A stretch of DNA of 57,375 bases from Actinomycetes bacterium (GCA_023424135.1 JAFAEH010000150.1:1-57375), one strand, 5' to 3'; counted from the stretch's first letter, positions 28,238 to 38,744 are shown. Program-made: numbers and translations. The notes: generated from the letters alone by a model not told the origin.

Positions 28238-29365
28238 ATGACCGACAAAGCTGTCGAAAAGGACTCAGTCCTGTGGTCAGCTGCTCCTCACACCCTGGCC
28301 AAGCACGGCGTGTACCGCCAGTACCTCAGTAAGTGGATGCCGATCATGATCCACAGTTGGAAGGGCGACGTCACGTACGCCGAGGGGTTCGCCGGGCCGG
28401 GCATCTACACGGCTGGGGAGCCCGGATCGCCCGTGATCGCTCTTGAGACGCTGATCCGCGATCCGGACCTGCGTGTGAAGGCCCGCGACCTTCGGTTCCT
28501 CTTCGTCGAGAAGGACAAGCGTCGAGTCGCGCGGCTCCGCGAGCAGCTCGCGATCGCAGCGCGACCGGTGCCGCTGGAGGACCTTCCCCGCTACGGAATC
28601 GACCTGGCCGTGGAGGCTGGTGACTACGACCCGGCGCTCCTCGAGCTGCTGTCGAAGCACGACGCGTGGGGCCGACCGATGCTGGTAGTTCTCGACACGT
28701 ACGGTGGCGGCGTCAAGCTCGACCTCGTCCGGCGAATCGCGAGCAACCCGTCCAGCGAGGTGATCATCACCTTCGAGCCACAGATCTTCTTGCGCTTCGC
28801 GACGGCGGCCAACGTGGTCCATGGCGATGCCGTGTTCGGTGACGCCGGGTGGAGGCAAGTCGCCGACCAGCCGAGCGCCACAAAGGTCCGGTGGGTGATC
28901 GGTAGGTACCGCGAGGTGCTGCACGACGCTGGCTTCCCGTACGTCCTGACCTTCGAGCTCGTCGGGAAGGTCAACTCGCTGTTCCTCATCTTCGGGACCA
29001 CCCATGTTCGGGGCCTGCAGAAGATGAAGGAAGCGATGTGGGAAGTTGACCCGATCCAGGGTGTGCAGTACAGGGACCCGGCCGACCCTGACCAGCAGTT
29101 GCTTGACATTGAGCTCGAGCCCCACACGGAACCGCTACGCCGCGAACTGCTGCAGTACTTGCGCCGCACGGACGAGAACACTGCGAGCGTCGGGGACCTG
29201 CGGCGCTATGCGCTGTACCGGACGGTCTACAAGGAGAGCCAGGTCAAGCCGGTACTCGACAAGCTTGTCGTCGCCGGCCTGGTTGTCGGCGACGGCGCCG
29301 AAGGGCACGTGCGGCTCGGCGGGAGCGTCCGGCTGACCGAGACCGGTCGCCGCAACGGAGGATGA
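28238..29365 (+). CDS. tcmP: Three-Cys-motif partner protein TcmP (SAM-methyltransferase-like fold plus wHTH)
   Basis: HTLAKH..YL..W, EGFAGPGIY, GSP and LDTYG motifs; linked to a DUF5131 gene. Confidence 0.85.
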   Translation: MTDKAVEKDSVLWSAAPHTLAKHGVYRQYLSKWMPIMIHSWKGDVTYAEGFAGPGIYTAGEPGSPVIALETLIRDPDLRVKARDLRFLFVEKDKRRVARLREQLAIAARPVPLEDLPRYGIDLAVEAGDYDPALLELLSKHDAWGRPMLVVLDTYGGGVKLDLVRRIASNPSSEVIITFEPQIFLRFATAANVVHGDAVFGDAGWRQVADQPSATKVRWVIGRYREVLHDAGFPYVLTFELVGKVNSLFLIFGTTHVRGLQKMKEAMWEVDPIQGVQYRDPADPDQQLLDIELEPHTEPLRRELLQYLRRTDENTASVGDLRRYALYRTVYKESQVKPVLDKLVVAGLVVGDGAEGHVRLGGSVRLTETGRRNGG

Positions 29366-31884
29366 GCATGGACATCGACTGGGACGCAGTGTCCGACGGC
29401 GACGGCCTGAGCTCGATCCGCGAGCCCGCCGCGTTGTTCGACGCCCTGCCAAACAAGCAGCCCGGCCTGGGCTACCTGCGGCAGGTCCAGGCGACAGTCC
29501 TGGCGCGGTGGTCACCAAAGCGTGACGCCAAGGACCTCGTCATCAAGATGAACACGGGCACCGGCAAGACGATCGTCGGGCTTCTCATCCTGCAGGTGAG
29601 CCTGCACGACGGTGCCGGGCCCGCGCTGTTCCTCGCGCCCACACCGCACCTCGCCGAGCGGGCGGCCGATGAGGGAAGGCGCCTCGGGCTTCCCATAGTC
29701 ACCGACCCGTCGAGCCCGAAGTTCGGATCCGGTGAGGCAATCTGCGCCACGACGCTGCAGACGCTGTTCAACGGCAAGACGCGGTTCGGGCTCGACGGTG
29801 TTGGAACGCCGGTGAAGGTTGGCACAATCGTCATTGACGACGCGCATTCAGCCATCACCCGCCTCGAGGAGTACAGCCGAGCTCTGATCCACCCCGACAA
29901 CAAGACCAAGGCCTACGACCAACTTCTCGCGTTGTTCGAGACCGAACTGAACGCCCAGGGCGCCGCCACTCTGCTCGACATCAAGGACGGGGATCGCAGC
30001 GCCGTCATGCGGATCCCGTTCTGGGCATGGCAGGACAGTGCCGCTGACGTCCTGAAGATCCTGCACCCGCACCGCAACACGCCCATGTTGGAGTGGCAGT
30101 GGCCGCTGGTCAAGGACCACCTGGCTCTGTGTGAGGCGACCTTGACCAGCAGCGGCCTGGAGATCGCGCCTCCACTGCCACCCGTGCAGAAGTTCCCGAG
30201 CTTCGCCGATGCCAGGCGCCGTGTGTACATGACCGCCACGCTCGCGAACGACTCCGCGCTCGTGACCCACTTCGCGGCGGATCCCGCGACAGTGGCCGCA
30301 GCGATCGTCCCGGACTCTGCCGCCGACCTCGGTGACCGCCTCGTCCTGGTACCGCAGGAGCTAGTGCCGGACCTGTCTGACGCCGACCTGCGCACGGCGG
30401 TCGCGTCGATCGCGGTGACCGACAACGTCGTTGTTCTAGTACCGAGCAAGGCCCGCGCGCACGAGTGGACCGACGTCGCGAACGAGACGGTCTCAGACTC
30501 GAAGCAGATCGCCGAGGTCGTCGCCCGGCTCCAGGCCGGCATGGTCGGCCTCGTAGTCATCGTGAACCAGTACGACGGCATCGACCTGCCCGACGACGCA
30601 TGCCGTGTCCTGGTCATCGACGGACTGCCGCAAGCAGCGTCCGGCTCAGAAAGGCGCGAGTCAACGGCGTTGCGCGACAGCAACACCATCACAGCCCGGC
30701 AGGTCCAGCGTTTCGAGCAAGGCATGGGGCGGGGGGTCCGCTCACGCGAGGACAGGTGCGCCGTCCTCGTGATGGACCGTCGGCTGGTCGACCTGATCTC
30801 GCGCCCGGAAACAGCTGCACGCCTCTCCCCCGGCACCCGCGCCCAGCTTGAGCTATCGCGGCGAGTCGCCCGCAGCCTCGGCGGCCGTACGGACATAACG
30901 ATGGACGGTGTGGTTGACCTGATCCGGAAGGTCATCGATGGGGCAGAGGACTTCCGATCCGCCGCCCGCAAGGCCCTCGTCAACGTCGTCTACGAGACAG
31001 CCCCGCTGCTCCCCACCGCCCTGCCGATGCGACAGGCCTACGACGCAGCCGTGCGCGGCGACTACGAAGCCGCCGCCAACGCCGCCGATACCGCGGTGAA
31101 CGCCGCACGACAGACGCTGAAGGACGAGCGACTGGCTGGCTGGCTGAGCGAGAAGGGAGCTGCCTACCGACACGCCACCGACGCCGCCCGTGCGCAGACG
31201 CAGCTCTCCGGTGCCACAGCGTCAAACCCCTCGATCCTGCGTCCGATGTCTGGCATGACCTTCCAGCCGACCCGTCCAACCCGCCGGCAGGCCGAGGCCG
31301 CGTCGGCGTACCTCAGCCAGAAGTACACCGACGGGCCACGCCTGCGGATCGGGTTCGAAGCACTCATTGCCGACCTCGCGTGGGACCCTGACCGCACCGA
31401 GGAAGCAGAGCAGGCCTGGGCCGATCTCGGCGAGCACCTCGGCTTCTCCGGCCAACGGCCGGAGAAGAACGGGGGCGTCGGGCCCGACGACCTGTGGTCC
31501 GACGCCGACGGCAACCATCTGGTCATCGAGGCCAAGACCGGTGCCGTCAGCCACCTCATCGGCAAGCGTGACATCAACCAGCTGGGCGGCTCCGTGCGCT
31601 GGGCCGAGAAGCAGCTGACCAATCCGGCCAGCATCACGCCCCTGATCGTGCACCCCAGCCACATCGTCGATCGCGCGGGCACCCCGCCCCAGGGGGCCCG
31701 GGGCATCGACGCCGCCGCACACACCAACCTCATGGAAGCGATCCGGCGGTACGCCACCGCCCTCGCCGTGGACGACCGCTACCGCGACGTCGCCGCTGTC
31801 CAGCAACAGCTCGTTGCCCTGCACTTCAACGGGCGCGAGTTCGCGAGGTTCTACGGCACCGTTCTGCGTGCGGAGGGGTCATGA
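29362..31884 (+). CDS. SF2 (DEAD/DEAH, DinG-like) helicase with C-terminal PD-(D/E)xK-like domain
   Basis: TGTGKT, IDDAH, MTAT and QGMGRGVR; C-terminal GPDDLW...IEAK. Confidence 0.85.
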   Translation: MSMDIDWDAVSDGDGLSSIREPAALFDALPNKQPGLGYLRQVQATVLARWSPKRDAKDLVIKMNTGTGKTIVGLLILQVSLHDGAGPALFLAPTPHLAERAADEGRRLGLPIVTDPSSPKFGSGEAICATTLQTLFNGKTRFGLDGVGTPVKVGTIVIDDAHSAITRLEEYSRALIHPDNKTKAYDQLLALFETELNAQGAATLLDIKDGDRSAVMRIPFWAWQDSAADVLKILHPHRNTPMLEWQWPLVKDHLALCEATLTSSGLEIAPPLPPVQKFPSFADARRRVYMTATLANDSALVTHFAADPATVAAAIVPDSAADLGDRLVLVPQELVPDLSDADLRTAVASIAVTDNVVVLVPSKARAHEWTDVANETVSDSKQIAEVVARLQAGMVGLVVIVNQYDGIDLPDDACRVLVIDGLPQAASGSERRESTALRDSNTITARQVQRFEQGMGRGVRSREDRCAVLVMDRRLVDLISRPETAARLSPGTRAQLELSRRVARSLGGRTDITMDGVVDLIRKVIDGAEDFRSAARKALVNVVYETAPLLPTALPMRQAYDAAVRGDYEAAANAADTAVNAARQTLKDERLAGWLSEKGAAYRHATDAARAQTQLSGATASNPSILRPMSGMTFQPTRPTRRQAEAASAYLSQKYTDGPRLRIGFEALIADLAWDPDRTEEAEQAWADLGEHLGFSGQRPEKNGGVGPDDLWSDADGNHLVIEAKTGAVSHLIGKRDINQLGGSVRWAEKQLTNPASITPLIVHPSHIVDRAGTPPQGARGIDAAAHTNLMEAIRRYATALAVDDRYRDVAAVQQQLVALHFNGREFARFYGTVLRAEGS

Positions 31885-31927
31885 GGCACACTCCGGCAGG
31901 TGAGCATCCACGAACCTGGCTACCGCG

Positions 31928-32698
31928 ATGAGTGATCGATCCCGCATCGAGTGGACTGAAGCAACGTGGAACCCCGTCACCGGCTGCGATCGCGTGTCCT
32001 CCGGGTGTGACCACTGCTACGCGCTGACGCTTGCTAAGCGCTTGAAGGCGATGGGTGCTGAAAAGTACCAGCAAGACGGTGACCCGCGGACCTCTGGACC
32101 CGGCTTCGCCGTCACCACGCATCCCACTGCCCTGGCCCAGCCGCGCAGGTGGCGCTCGCCCAGGACTGTCTTCGTCAACTCGATGAGTGACCTGTTCCAT
32201 GCCAAGGTGCCGGCCTCGTTCGTCCGCGACGTGTTCGACGTCATGGTCGACACCCCGCAGCACACGTACCAAGTACTCACCAAGCGACCGCTGCGAGCCG
32301 TGCGGCTGGCCGATCAGTTGCCCTGGCCGTCGAACGTCTGGCTGGGGGTGTCCGTCGAGGATATGCGTGTTTCGCACCGCGTAGACCACCTGCGCCGCGT
32401 TCCCGCCGCCGTGCGCTTCCTGTCGTGCGAACCACTACTTGGGCCGCTCGATGGGCTGAACCTCGATGGGATCGACTGGGTCATCGCCGGCGGCGAGTCA
32501 GGCAACGACTACCGCCCGATGGACGTCCGGTGGGCGCGTGGCATCCGCGACACGTGCATTGAGGCGTCAGTACCGTTCTTCTTTAAGCAGTGGAGCGGAC
32601 GTGCACCTAAGGTGCTCGGCCGTGACCTCGACGGGCAGACGTGGGATCAGACGCCAAACCTCGAACATGGGAGCCTGGCTCGACGTCACGGCACCTGA
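31928..32698 (+). CDS. DUF5131 / phage Gp37Gp68 family radical-SAM-like protein
   Basis: IEWTEATWNPVTGC-x6-C-x2-CYA, FVNSMSDLFH, GGESG and FFKQW motifs. Confidence 0.92.
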   Translation: MSDRSRIEWTEATWNPVTGCDRVSSGCDHCYALTLAKRLKAMGAEKYQQDGDPRTSGPGFAVTTHPTALAQPRRWRSPRTVFVNSMSDLFHAKVPASFVRDVFDVMVDTPQHTYQVLTKRPLRAVRLADQLPWPSNVWLGVSVEDMRVSHRVDHLRRVPAAVRFLSCEPLLGPLDGLNLDGIDWVIAGGESGNDYRPMDVRWARGIRDTCIEASVPFFFKQWSGRAPKVLGRDLDGQTWDQTPNLEHGSLARRHGT

Positions 32699-33035
32699 CG
32701 CCCGGTTCTCGTAGAGCGTCGGTGTTGCCGTCCTGGACGACTCGCGCGCTGCTGGCGCGGTCTGTCCACGGCGGCGCCGCCTTGCTCATGCGGTGCCGCA
32801 GTGACCGGTGTCAGAATCGCCAGCGTCTCGCGGTCGGTCGCTGCCAGCCCGGCGTCGATGCGCTCCTCGAGCGTCCCGTGCTGGACGACGCGGTACGCCG
32901 CCGCGAGGGGCCGCTCGCCGATCCGGCCCCGCTGGGCCATCGTGGTCCGGTCCATGCCGGTGGACCATACGAGCACGGTCCGACAGCGGAGCGGGGGCCT
33001 TGTGCAGGGGCCTCACCAGCCCGTGGGCCAGTGGC

Positions 33036-34289
33036 TCAGGCGGCCCGGTCCGCTGTCGACTCGACCCGCACACGCCGGCCCATCAGATCCACGCTGACGG
33101 GCCGCAGACCGCGGGACAGCAGGTGGTCCTGTAGCCGGGCGCGGTGGTCCGCGTTGGCGTGGTCGTACGCAGCCGGCAGGTCCGCCCAGCGCGCCGCAGC
33201 GGGCTCAGCCGCCTGCTCCCGCACTGGAATTTCCTCGGACTGCTCAGGCTGCTCCTGCGCCTCCTGAGCACTCTTGCCGCGCTTCTCAGCTGCGTGTGCG
33301 GCTCGACGCTCTGCTCGAGCAGCCTGGGCCGCGGCCAGCTCGGCCTCGGCCTCGGCCCGCTCCTGTCGCGCGGTCCGGCCCGCCTCGTCCGGCTGATCCG
33401 CCACCTGGTCCAGCGCGGCCCGGATGGCTGCTCCGGTCCAGCGGTCCACCGGCCCGAGTCGATCCACCGCGGTCAGCTTGCTGGCCCGGACCGTGGTCCG
33501 GCTCATCCCGAGCGAGCCGGGCTCCATGCCTGCTGCCATCGCAAGAGCCGCGGTCCACGCCGAGCGGCCCAGCCTGGTCCAGGCCGGGTGATCCGCCGCG
33601 CAGATGACAGCCACCAGCGCCTCGTCATCGTCGAGCCTCGAGAGCGCCTCGACCGCGTCGTAGAGATCGCCCCGGTCGAGGCGCTCCGCTGTCCCGGGCG
33701 CCGCCTGCAGCGCAGGCCGGTACCTGCCGGCCCGTCCCGGCCGGATGCTCACCAGACTCACCCACGACTCGTCAGCTGCACGAGTCAGCGCGCCGGCTGC
33801 CGTCCCGCGGGTAACCCCGAGCCGGATCGCCAGCGCCTCCTGGCTCACCATCACGGTCCGCCACCCGCTCCCGCCAGGAGCCAGCTGCCTCAGCGTGTCC
33901 ACGGCGATGACCGCCGCCGCCGCGCGCGCCTGCTGGGCCGCTGCCTGACGAGCAACGACCGGGGCCAGGACGCAGCGACTGAGGAATGACCGGGCGACAG
34001 CGACTGCCGCATCGCCACGTGCCGCATCGTCACGAGAAGCCGAGACGTACCGGCGAGCTTTGCGAGTGAGCTCGGTCCAGCGGGGGGTCGAGCCGGTGAT
34101 GTGACCGAGCTCTGGCGCGACGCGACGCAGCGACCCGCGCAGGGCACGAGGTGCGATGCGACGCGAGGGGTCCATGGCCCAGGCGAGCGCTGCGAGGACG
34201 CGCTCTCCGGCGGGTAGGTGCTGGCGACCTGCGAGGACGCCACTGACCTGGCTGTCGAGCCAGGTCAGTGGCGTCTCGTGTCGGTCCAT
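33036..34289 (-). CDS. Hypothetical protein with a central winged HTH (possibly Rep-like)
   Basis: VSQEALAIRLGVTRGTAAGALTRA...WV. Confidence 0.55.
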   Translation of the reverse strand: MDRHETPLTWLDSQVSGVLAGRQHLPAGERVLAALAWAMDPSRRIAPRALRGSLRRVAPELGHITGSTPRWTELTRKARRYVSASRDDAARGDAAVAVARSFLSRCVLAPVVARQAAAQQARAAAAVIAVDTLRQLAPGGSGWRTVMVSQEALAIRLGVTRGTAAGALTRAADESWVSLVSIRPGRAGRYRPALQAAPGTAERLDRGDLYDAVEALSRLDDDEALVAVICAADHPAWTRLGRSAWTAALAMAAGMEPGSLGMSRTTVRASKLTAVDRLGPVDRWTGAAIRAALDQVADQPDEAGRTARQERAEAEAELAAAQAARAERRAAHAAEKRGKSAQEAQEQPEQSEEIPVREQAAEPAAARWADLPAAYDHANADHRARLQDHLLSRGLRPVSVDLMGRRVRVESTADRAA

Positions 34290-34939
34290 GGCAAGAATGC
34301 TAGCATACTATCCAGATATAGGGGCGTAGCCCCGTAATCTGGAATAGGAATGCACAGAATTGCTGCCCCTGGGCTCGCGCGTAGCGGTACCCGACCGCAG
34401 CCCTCCGTCTCCGCCTACGGGCAGCGGCCTGCCGAGCAGGGGTAGCCATCCACATCCATCCCGTGACGGGGCGCTGCGTGGCCGATGCGAGTGATGCCGC
34501 AGGACAGGGGCACGGAGCGGGGCAGAGCGACGCAGGGTCCGGAGCGGGGGCAGCGACGGCCAGCGGGGCAGCAGTGGGCGCGAGGGCTGCGGGTGCCGGG
34601 CGAGAGCGTCACAGCGTGGCGTTGCGGTTCTCGTGGCGGGGCTCGTGGCGGACGGCGCTGCGATCACGGGGCGGGGTCAGGCGCGAGGTCGGATCGGCTG
34701 GCCGGTGGCGGTCGGGCGGGGCTCAGGAGCAGGGCTGTTCGGGGTCTGGGTGTTGCGAGGAGAAGGCTTTTCGACTTCTTGGTTCTTGTCTTCGTCACCT
34801 ACTCCAGGATCGCGTGGATCCGGGTCACAGCCTGTTCCGCCAGGTCGCGCGTGCATCCCTTGAGAAGGATCTGCAGGTCGAGCGTGGTGGCGTGACTCGT
34901 CCAGCCTGCGCGCCCGATTGCGGATGGGTTGGGGCTGCG

Positions 34940-35995
34940 CTATCTGTCCTTAAGCTGTGCGGCGATGCCTCCGCGAGCGGCAGCCACGCCGCACAGCGCA
35001 CCGGCGGGCGCGCCGACGAGCACGGCCGCTGCGAGGGCGCGCAAGATCGCGAGGACGACGTCGCCGGGCAACGGGCCCCACCAAGCCCACGAGGTCAGGA
35101 GCGTAACGGTTACGGCAGACCCGAGTGCGAGGATGAGCACGCAGATCTGTTCCACGAGGTGCAGTAGCCACAGGTCGGTCGGGGTCGCACCGAAGGTGCG
35201 GTACACCGCGGTCTCCGCGCGTCGTGTCCACGCCACGAGCCCCGCGACGAGGGTCAGGCCAGCGGCGGTCTGCAGCCAGGGCATCCGTCCGACGAAGCTC
35301 GCCCACCGCTGCGGGCCGCTGGCGACCCCGTGCGGGAGCGTGGAGAACGGTGCCGTGCGCACGCCCTCGTCGGCGAAGGCCGCGCGCAGCAGGTCCGGGC
35401 CGTGGGCGACGTTGCCCGGGTCCATCGCGAGCCAGCACTCGGTGACCTGGCCCAGTGCGGGGGCGATCGTGACGACGTGCGACCTGAGGAACGAGACGGG
35501 CAGGTGCTGGTCCAGCACCCCGCTGATGCTCACGACGGCGTCGGGCCCGGCGGTCAGCGTCGCCCCCGATCGGGTCCGCCCCGTCGCGACCAGGTCGGCA
35601 CCCGCCCAGACCCCGGTAACCACTGGCTGCCCCCAGACCGCCAAGGCGCGCGGTGTGACGGCGATCGACGGCAGGGGGCGGGCGCCGTCGAGCACGGCGT
35701 AGTCACGATCGACGTATGCAAGGGGGCCACCGGCTGCCTGGACACCCACCAGGTGCGTCAGGGAGTCGCAGCGGTCGGCCGGGAGTGTGTCGTCGACCGA
35801 CGGTGTGGCGACCCACACTAGTGACCCGTTCGCGCGCGCCGCACTCTCCTGCGCGATCGCGTCTGTTGCACTCTGTGCGGTGGCCGCGCCGAGCGTCGCG
35901 AGCAGAGCCACCGCGATGGCGCCCTGGATCAGATGGCGGGGGGAGAGGTTGCGCCGGGCCTCACCTGCCAGGTCGCGCACGCGCCAGTCGCTCAT
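34940..35995 (-). CDS. ABC transporter permease (FtsX/MacB-like)
   Basis: N-terminal TM, extracellular loop, RRAETAVYRTFGA, three C-terminal TMs. Confidence 0.8.
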   Translation of the reverse strand: MSDWRVRDLAGEARRNLSPRHLIQGAIAVALLATLGAATAQSATDAIAQESAARANGSLVWVATPSVDDTLPADRCDSLTHLVGVQAAGGPLAYVDRDYAVLDGARPLPSIAVTPRALAVWGQPVVTGVWAGADLVATGRTRSGATLTAGPDAVVSISGVLDQHLPVSFLRSHVVTIAPALGQVTECWLAMDPGNVAHGPDLLRAAFADEGVRTAPFSTLPHGVASGPQRWASFVGRMPWLQTAAGLTLVAGLVAWTRRAETAVYRTFGATPTDLWLLHLVEQICVLILALGSAVTVTLLTSWAWWGPLPGDVVLAILRALAAAVLVGAPAGALCGVAAARGGIAAQLKDR

Positions 35996-36648
35996 GTGCC
36001 GATCACCTCACGAAAGGTTCCGTGCTCGAGGACGACCAGGCGGTCGGTCATCGCCGCGATGCGCGGGTCGTGCGTGGCGATGACGACCGTGGTGCCCGTC
36101 GCGGCGCGCAGCAAGGTTCGGGCGACCGCGTGCGCCGTGTCGCCATCGAGGTTGGCTGTCGGTTCGTCAGCGAACAGGACGACCGGTTCAGTCGCCAGTG
36201 CGCGCGCGATTCCTACGCGCTGCGCCTCCCCACCGGACACGGTCCGTGCCTGTTGCTGCTCGCTTCCCTCCAGCCCGACCGTCCGCAGCCGCTGTGCGGC
36301 GGCGACGTAGGCTGCCGCGCGGTTCCAGCCGCGCGAGAGCAGCGCCAGCGCGACGTTGTCGACCACCGAGCGCCGGGGCAGGAGGTTGACCTGCTGTGGC
36401 AGCCAGGCGATGGTCGTGCCAAGCAGGCGGTCGGCATCGCGAGTCGTGCGCACCTGGCCGTCGATCAAGACGTCCCCCTGGTCCGGGGCGAGCAAGAGCC
36501 CGGCGATGGACAGTGCGGTCGACTTCCCCTCACCCGACGGTGCCATGAGCGCGACCGACTCCCCGGAGCGCACGTCCAGCGACGCGCCGTGCAGGAGCAA
36601 GGGCCGCTGAGGGTATCCGAAGTGCACGTCATGCAGTGTCAGGGACAT
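35992..36648 (-). CDS. ABC transporter ATP-binding protein
   Basis: APSGEGKST, VSGGEAQR, DEPT and THD motifs. Confidence 0.93.
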   Translation of the reverse strand: MSLTLHDVHFGYPQRPLLLHGASLDVRSGESVALMAPSGEGKSTALSIAGLLLAPDQGDVLIDGQVRTTRDADRLLGTTIAWLPQQVNLLPRRSVVDNVALALLSRGWNRAAAYVAAAQRLRTVGLEGSEQQQARTVSGGEAQRVGIARALATEPVVLFADEPTANLDGDTAHAVARTLLRAATGTTVVIATHDPRIAAMTDRLVVLEHGTFREVIGT

Positions 36649-37706
36649 TGTGGATCGAGCCCGACCTCGCCGGCGTTGACCAGCACCTGCGTGAGAGGCT
36701 CACCCTCCGGCGGCTCGAGCAGGGCGGCCCCGTCCGGGGCTGTGCCGACGGGGACGACCGACACCGTGCGCCACTGGCCGTCGTCGTCGACCACGACGCA
36801 GTACCGGAGTCCAGAGTCGGTGAGGACGGCGCTCGCCGGTACGGCCAGCCCGGTCGGGGGCTCGACGGGCCGCACCTGCACCTCGCTCGACACCCGGCCG
36901 ACTGCGACGTCGCCGGTGACGAGAAACGTCAGTGCCTGACCCGCGTCGATGCGCCACGCCGCGTCTTCGTAGCGTGCCTGCAAGGGCTTCCCGTCGCGCA
37001 GCAGCGTGTAGTCGCCTGCGGGGAGCACGAGCGAGGAGCCGGACATGTCCTGGACGTCGAGCGAATCCAGGGACGGCGAGCTTTGCGCGATCACGTCGCC
37101 AGGTCCGGGCGCGGCCTCCCCGAGCTTCAGGTCGACGTCGTCGACCACTAGGCCGTCGTTCGCTCGCACGACCCAGGAGATCGAGAAGACTCCGCTCGGT
37201 TGGGCGATCCCGCTGCGCCTCTCTAGCGCCATCACGTCGAGCCGTGTCGCCCGGTCGGCGATCCCGGTGACCCTGGGCTCCTTCTGAAGGACGACCGCGA
37301 GGAACCGCTGGAGGGCTGCGACGTCGTCGCCTCGCGTCCCCGGGGTAACGTCCCGGTAGAGCACCACGGGATCGGTCCACGCCCGGACGGGGAAGGTGTC
37401 CACCGTGTAGAGCTCCTGCCCGGCCGTGACCACCACCCCGGTCTCTAGCGAGACTCCTGTGACGACTCCGGGCAACCCCGAGCCGGTGATCGTCTGTTCC
37501 TCGCCGACGACTCCCGTGAGCGTCGCAGTGATGGTCGTGTCCAGGGAAGCTGGCACTGGGTGGGCAAGGACCGGTGACGCGGTGGCTGCCAACGACTCCA
37601 GGGAGCGCGCGTCGTCGTGCACGAGCCACCATGCCAGGGCCACGGGGACCACCACGGTGCTCGCGACGAGCGCCCACCTCCATACGGTGGAGCCAGGACG
37701 ACCCAC
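36639..37706 (-). CDS. Membrane-fusion-like protein with peptidoglycan-binding domain
   Basis: N-terminal TM; LYRDVTPGTRGDDVAALQRFL; AVPASAV. Confidence 0.75.
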   Translation of the reverse strand: MGRPGSTVWRWALVASTVVVPVALAWWLVHDDARSLESLAATASPVLAHPVPASLDTTITATLTGVVGEEQTITGSGLPGVVTGVSLETGVVVTAGQELYTVDTFPVRAWTDPVVLYRDVTPGTRGDDVAALQRFLAVVLQKEPRVTGIADRATRLDVMALERRSGIAQPSGVFSISWVVRANDGLVVDDVDLKLGEAAPGPGDVIAQSSPSLDSLDVQDMSGSSLVLPAGDYTLLRDGKPLQARYEDAAWRIDAGQALTFLVTGDVAVGRVSSEVQVRPVEPPTGLAVPASAVLTDSGLRYCVVVDDDGQWRTVSVVPVGTAPDGAALLEPPEGEPLTQVLVNAGEVGLDPQCP

Positions 37707-37710
37707 CGCC

Positions 37711-38340
37711 CTACCCCTCCCCGAGCGCGGGGAAAAGGCGCGCGGCGCGCTCGAGGCACAAGTACGCGGCATCCGAGGCAGCCGAGTCCTGCAAGAGGAT
37801 GCTGATCTCTTCCCGGCTCCGGCCGTCGACCTCACCGTCGACTCCTGAGTCCTGCAAGCAGTCGGCAAGATCGCCGTATGCTGCGGACCGCTCCGCGCCG
37901 GTGTAGAGGTTAAGGTCGAAGTACGCCATCTCCAGCGGGTCGATGGTGCCCGCCGCGCACTCGTTGAAGTCGCGCTCGTTGCGGTCGCTGCGGTCCTGCT
38001 GACTCTCGGAGGCCGCAGCCGAACTGCCGGTCGCGAACGCGTAGGTCACCCCGTCAAGGCGACGCTCCGGCTCGCTGACCTCCCACCCACGATCGGTCAT
38101 GCAGTCCGCAGCAGCCTGTACCGCGCCGAGGTACTCCGCTTCCGTGATGACCCCGTCGGCGATGATCGCCTCCTGGAACGGGCTCGGCTCGGTCTTGGTC
38201 ACCCGCCAGGCCCGCATCAGTTCCTCACGCGTGGACGCGGGCGCTACCTCACTATGCGAGCACGAGGCCAGCGCGCACGCGATACCCAGGACGAGCATCG
38301 CGTGCGCGCCGGCCCTCAGTGTCAGGGCAGACTTCAGCAC
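37711..38340 (-). CDS. Lipoprotein
   Basis: Lipobox LASC; FQEAIIADGVITEAEY...CM motif; start overlaps the upstream stop. Confidence 0.7.
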   Translation of the reverse strand: MLKSALTLRAGAHAMLVLGIACALASCSHSEVAPASTREELMRAWRVTKTEPSPFQEAIIADGVITEAEYLGAVQAAADCMTDRGWEVSEPERRLDGVTYAFATGSSAAASESQQDRSDRNERDFNECAAGTIDPLEMAYFDLNLYTGAERSAAYGDLADCLQDSGVDGEVDGRSREEISILLQDSAASDAAYLCLERAARLFPALGEG

Positions 38341-38744
38341 GTCAGCGAGCGCGACGCGCTGTTCACGTAGCTCTCGCCACCGTTGACGTCCTTGCCGTAA
38401 CCGCGGGTGCGGTAGGTATAGGTCCCGCTTCCGTTGCAGTTGAAGGATGCCTCCGCGACACGGGACTGGGCGACCCCGGTCGAGTAGACCATGGTCTGCA
38501 CAGTCGTCCAGGTGATCAGGCTTCGCTGCAGCGACGTTCCGGCCTGCGCGACCAACTGTGCCCCGTTCGAGCAGCTCACGCCCGTCCTGTGGGACACCGT
38601 CGTGCCGTTGGTCGTGGGCGCGATGGGTGTGACCGCGCACAGGGGGTTGATGGCCGCCGCGCTCGGTGTGGCGAGTGTGATGACGAGCATGGCCGCGGAC
38701 ACGCCAGCGACGATGCCGGCGCGAGTACGGGAATGAATCGACAT
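38334..38744 (-). CDS. Small secreted four-Cys protein
   Basis: AAGGAGG RBS; signal peptide ending AAA; C-terminal Cys. Confidence 0.75.
   Translation of the reverse strand: MSIHSRTRAGIVAGVSAAMLVITLATPSAAAINPLCAVTPIAPTTNGTTVSHRTGVSCSNGAQLVAQAGTSLQRSLITWTTVQTMVYSTGVAQSRVAEASFNCNGSGTYTYRTRGYGKDVNGGESYVNSASRSLTC

Noticed and set aside
32686..32976. Small minus-strand CDS
   Set aside because: No clear RBS or motif, so it cannot be supported
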